A DNA stretch of 64,000 bases, taken from positions 310,001-374,000 of the forward strand of contig CAVNZM010000014.1 of the NCBI GenBank assembly GCA_963693365.1, in the 5' to 3' direction. Each line of letters opens with the position of its first letter. The stretch's first letter is position 1. The notes below the pieces were generated by a model. The model worked only from the letters and a program-made list of their open reading frames with translations, was not told the DNA's origin and ran no database searches. The DNA comes from Amoebidium appalachense. Taxonomy: Eukaryota; Protista; Ichthyosporea. Shown one piece after another: positions 59,040 through 64,000 of this stretch. Position numbers and translations under genes: made by a program.

Positions 59040-59848
59040 GGGGATGACATGCCACCATACTAGCGCTAGCCGGTAGCTGGTATCGATCTAGATCTACGGC
59101 CGTGTGCACTTGCAAAGTAGAGTCTCAGATTTGTTCATTATTTTCTTGCCTGTGCACAAGACGGCAAAGAAGGAACATGTTCACTCGGTTTGACAACACC
59201 GAGATTATTCTTCATAAATGGTTGGTAGCTCTCAGAAATTTGTGCAAACAGGTATATTATTTATTTGTTTATATAGGGCCATATGCATATATATCTATGC
59301 ATGACATGACACCAGTCATGGTCCATCGATAAAAGTGTACATACACAGTGATATCCAATGGCTTTTGCTATGCGGCATAAACCTCACAAACTCTGGAGCA
59401 TGAATAGACCGTGTCTATCAACACCTCCACTACATTAAAAACGTTTGCTCTAACAGTTGTGTTGTGCCTATGACTACATACCTGCTTGAAGTTCCTGTGC
59501 GTCACCCCGCGTTTACGTACTTATTGAATAATATTGCTGCTATGCAAACTGCAAAGAGATATCGAACAGTATTGTTACAAAACTATTTGGCTGATATAAT
59601 TCAGCCCCTGCATATGTAGCATCGGCAAACATACCAGTTTGAGCCATACCATTGTATTTCCGCCCATACATTCTGCTCTTAAAAACTGCCGTTAAACCAG
59701 ATTATGGAAAGATCGTGCTCTCTTGGCTGACATGCCACTCTGTAAGCCATTGCAAGGCTCTCGGTCCTATATGCCATATGCATGCTCCCACATCATATCG
59801 GGAGAACAAAGTGGGCCCATGCAAGCACGTGTTGTTTGTTCCCTTACT

Positions 59849-60070
59849 CTACACGTGGTTATCTTGTGCAGGGTCATAGTCCGGATCTGATTCATCTCCG
59901 TCCCCCTCCTCTTCTTCCTCCTCTTCCTCTTCCCTAGGTCATCCACATCATCCCCCTGCCCCTGTTATGTGTGTGCCCATGGACGGACACAACTGTGAGC
60001 TCTGAGCATTGTGCCAACGTACGCAGCACAACAGAAACCACGTGCGGATACATAACCCCCCCCCCAAATT

Positions 60071-60113
<43 letters not shown>

Positions 60114-60444
60114 CCACACACACCAGAAATAACCATTTCGAAATGCAGGCGCTCAGGCTTGAACACACCATGAACCAAAACTAACATGAACAAAACACGC
60201 ACAAGCTTGCATCAGAATCTCACACACACGACTGAAACACACGCACACATGAGCGCAAGGGTGGGTAAACACATGTGTACACACACATGCACGCATGCAC
60301 ACACCCACGCACCCACGCACACACACACACACAAACACACACGCACACAACCCACGTGCGTGCGCGCGCACACACACACACACACACACAACCCCCCCCC
60401 CCCCTCTCCTTTTCTCCGCCCCCCCCCCCCTTCTCCCCCCCCCC

Positions 60445-60475
<31 letters not shown>

Positions 60476-61112
60476 ACACACACCTGGCGCATCAGCCTCT
60501 GCAATAGTGCTATGACGTACGATCTGTTGCCACTCAGTCTGTAGCCATAGAGGTACTCTTGCAGCGGTGTGTCGTCCGTGCCTGCGTGAAAGTAAAATGT
60601 CTATACCAAACCCCGGATATATCCCCCCCCCCCCCCACCACCACCACCACCACCCCCCCCCCCCCCCCCCCCCCCAACTTCCCCCCCTTCCCCCCATGTC
60701 GGGCACTGCCCTTCAAAGCAAAGAAAATACCGAAGCAAACAAACGAAACCTCTTAGCAGACACCTTTCCACATCCATTATTTTATTATAATCAATACATC
60801 AGGGTAGCTCAAGAGTGCATGGCACACATACTTCCACAGCAACACACTTGGCCCTCCCTCCCTCACCACCCCACACCTAACAAGTAACTCCATACGCAGA
60901 TTCTTATGGGACAAATAAATGCCCTCGAAAAGAGTACGAAAGCTGTGCCCCCCCCCCCCCCCCGAAAAAAAAAGAAAAAAAAAAAACAAAAAAAAAAACC
61001 GCACTGTTGCCCCTTCCAAGCGCAAGAGGTGAAGTAGGGGATACCTGCATCGGACAATCCCTGATCATATGCTGCTTTGATGTTTTCTTTCTTTTCTTTT
61101 TTTTTTTTTTTT

Positions 61113-61144
<32 letters not shown>

Positions 61145-61263
61145 TGTTTACTGAAGGAGGAGGGGTCGACAGGAGATGTGTCCGGGTCAAAGCGCAGGCA
61201 GTCCAGATCGAGCACAATGGTGTCTCCAAGACACTCACCATCAGCCCAGCCACCAAACATAAA

Positions 61264-61319
<56 letters not shown>

Positions 61320-61429
61320 AGTGTGTGTGTGGGTGTGTGTGTGCGTGTGTGTGTGTGCGTGTGTGTGTGCGTGTCTGTGTGTGTGTGTGTGTGTGCGTGT
61401 CTGTGTGTGCGTGTGTGTGCGTGTGTGTA

Positions 61430-61461
<32 letters not shown>

Positions 61462-62123
61462 GGTGGGTGGGTGGGTGGGGCGGGGGAGGGGAGGGGGGAG
61501 GGGGGAGGGGGGGAGGGGGAGGTAGGAGTTCAATGGTTTGGGGAATTTCATTGAAAACTCGTATAATTTGCTGGTCTTCCATTCTAATGTTGGTGTATAA
61601 AAACCTTCAGAGACACATTCGAGCATAGACAAAACAATCAACCAACCAAACAAACAAACAAACAAACAAGAAAAACGATATGTGCTTTTGCATATAGGTG
61701 AATCTTTCCATGCACAACCACCTATAGAGCTGTCCATGCAGTCTCAATACAAAATGCAAACACTTGTTCTGCCCCGTATGTCCTGCTTCCACTTAACACC
61801 AAAACACACCTTATCATCCACTGTGACAGCGACATGCGACAGCCGTTTTGTGGCCGGGGTAGGGGCAGAGGGAGGGGTGCAGATGGCGGGGGTGTGGAAC
61901 TTGAGGGTGTCAAAGTCCAGCACACACAGAAGACCCCTCTGCGTCAGGTGGCCCCCAATAAACAGCAACTTGTTTCCAAACACACGGAGTCCTGGGTGTT
62001 TTGAGGTGTGTGTGTTTGTGGGGGGGAAGGGGGAGGGGGAGATGAGGGGGGGAGAGGGGGGCGGGGGGGGGGGGGGGGGAAGAGGCGGTTGTGGTAGAGG
62101 TGTGTGTGTGTGTTGGGTGGGTG

Positions 62124-62157
<34 letters not shown>

Positions 62158-62172
62158 GGGTTTGTGGTGGAG

Positions 62173-62203
<31 letters not shown>

Positions 62204-62325
62204 CGTGTGTGTGTGCGTGTGTGCGCGTGTGCTTGTGCGTGTGTGTGTGTGTATGTGTGTGTGTGTGTGTTGGGTGGGTGGGAGGGGGGGGGGGGGGGGG
62301 GGGGGGGGGAGGGTTTGTGGTGCAG

Positions 62326-62356
<31 letters not shown>

Positions 62357-62432
62357 CGTGTGTGTGTGCGTGTGTGCGCGTGTGCTTGTGCGTGTGTGTG
62401 TGTGTATGTGTGTGTGTGTGTGTTGGGTGGGT

Positions 62433-62463
<31 letters not shown>

Positions 62464-62815
62464 GGTTTGTGGTGGAGGTGTGTGTGTGTGTGTGTCACTG
62501 TGTGCGTGTGTGTGTGCGTGTGTGCGCGTGTGCTTGTGCGTGTGTGTGTGTGTATGTGTGTGTGTGTGTGTGTGGTGTTAAGCGTTGAAAGAGTGGGGTG
62601 GTGGTGGTGGTGGTGGTGGTTAAGGGGGGGGGGGGGGGGGGGGGGGGTTATTAGATCGCATCACGGAGTTAATTAAACTGCAAATCACGACGGACAACAC
62701 AATGGGACCAAAAGCACACATCACGATGACGTAACATAAGCCGAACACAACTGCAGACGAGCTCCAAATCATCCACAGTACCCATGGGTGGGGGGGAGCG
62801 GGAGGGGGGAGGAGA

Positions 62816-62865
<50 letters not shown>

Positions 62866-63121
62866 GAGAGAGGAGGAGGAGGAGGGGGGCGGGGGGGGTT
62901 TCAGCATAAAGATTGGTGGTAGCAATGTGGTTCAGTTGATAATTATGATGCACAGGTTGGGGTGTCGTGTGCAGAGAGTTGGTGTGGCTGGGAGGGGACG
63001 TGATCAAAACAGCATTGAACAGTGGAAAGCAACACATATGCTTACATTTATTTCATTTTCATTTTCTCTTTGCTGGTCTCTTTCCTTTCTTTCTTTCTTT
63101 GTTTCTTCCATTCTTTTTCTT

Positions 63122-63158
<37 letters not shown>

Positions 63159-63453
63159 TTTTTTTGGGGGGGGGGGGGGAGGGGGAGGAGGGAGGGAGGA
63201 TAGAGGGGGGGGGGGGGAGGGGGTGGAGGGGGGGAGGGAGGGGGGGGGGGGGGGGTATGGGTGGGTCCCAAGCAGGGTGAAGGGGAATCTTTTGGAAAAC
63301 CCGGAGCCAGATAGAGGGGAAGGTGTGAGGGTAGTGGGTGCCGCGAATAAATGACTGACAGCCAATCATATTTGGGGATTTACCAACGTGGCAGCGCCCA
63401 AGGGCCAGACTGGGTCGGTCACCGGTGGTCTCAATATTGTGCCACGTGCCAGC
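59849..63453 (-). CDS. Kelch-repeat protein, 3' part (5' end probably beyond the window). Exons about 63453-63384, 61991-61810, 61266-61152, 60581-60484, 59961-59849
   Basis: Spliced reading: [23 protein letters not shown]|[15 protein letters not shown]...LDFDTLKFH...[12 protein letters not shown]|[21 protein letters not shown]. These are the Kelch GG, W and H motifs. Introns are phase-compatible GT-AG. The acidic tail needs a 1-nt correction. Confidence 0.72.
62090..62575. repeat. Compound tandem repeat, about 3 x 150 bp of (GT)n plus G-run modules
   Basis: GGTTTGTGGTG.AGGTGTG...TCACTGTGTGCGTG...GCTTGTGCG...TATGTG occurs three times. Confidence 0.8.
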
Positions 63454-64000
63454 CTGCATGCACGTGCACATCTGTGAGTGCTGCACGTGCGTGTATGTGT
63501 CCACAAGACTTTGCTAGCGAGGGATATACCCATATTAATAAGCACGGGATAAACCGTTCGGAATTCATAAGCATGGAATAAAGCATTAATATAATTATAA
63601 GCACGGATAAACCCTTCGGAAATCATAACCGCAGCAAAAACAACATGTTTTCGCACGCACGGGGTATATTCCTTGGGACACATATAGTCAATGCCAGGCA
63701 CAGGGAAAAAAAGCAGCTAGCAAGGCCATTACTTTAATGCGCTCGGCTACTTAAAGAAATTCAACCAAGGCTACGCTTATATTTCGAAGGACATGTCGAA
63801 TATAATAGTGCCTCTGAACGTGTGCCCTGGCTTACGACAATCGTGGCACACGATTGATACATCAGAGTTCACGCCAAAAAAACTGGGCTTATATACATTT
63901 ATGATAGCACTATATTTAAAGCCCTCGTTACGATCTCAAATCGGGTCAACCCACGTCACACCGGTGTGAAAGACAGTGGTTGGTGGGCAGCACGGAGAAG

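Noticed and set aside
63539-63630. Two imperfect 33-bp direct repeats (TAAGCACGGATAAACC.TTCGGAA.TCATAA)
   Set aside because: Only two copies and no context. A simple local duplication is sufficient.

Overview
This is eukaryotic, intron-rich genomic DNA. The introns are saturated with poly(C)/poly(G) tracts and (CA)n/(GT)n microsatellites, so most entries in the ORF track are spurious. The organism cannot be fixed from sequence alone. The gene set and the CTAAC-type branch points fit a unicellular opisthokont, and an ichthyosporean-like protist is only a guess. Manual splicing gives five genes: (1) an F-box/LRR gene at 1513-5744 (+); (2) a complete single-chain fungal-type type I fatty acid synthase at 10805-29780 (+), 16 exons, about 4076 aa, with FAS1 and FAS2 fused, two tandem ACPs and a C-terminal PPTase; (3) an IRE1 kinase/RNase gene at 33534-52291 (+), about 25 exons; (4) a disrupted second F-box/LRR gene at 55125-57573; (5) the 3' part of a Kelch-repeat gene on the minus strand. 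A non-LTR RT remnant sits at the left edge. The most unusual non-genic signals are three. First, a family of 5'-truncated, structured retroposon-like repeats whose intact copies end in CATTCAAA fused to a poly(C) run. Second, a variant of that family whose terminal 71 bp is iterated 14 times. Third, a 1.45-kb AT-rich insert with modular repeats, possibly organelle-derived, inside an IRE1 intron.
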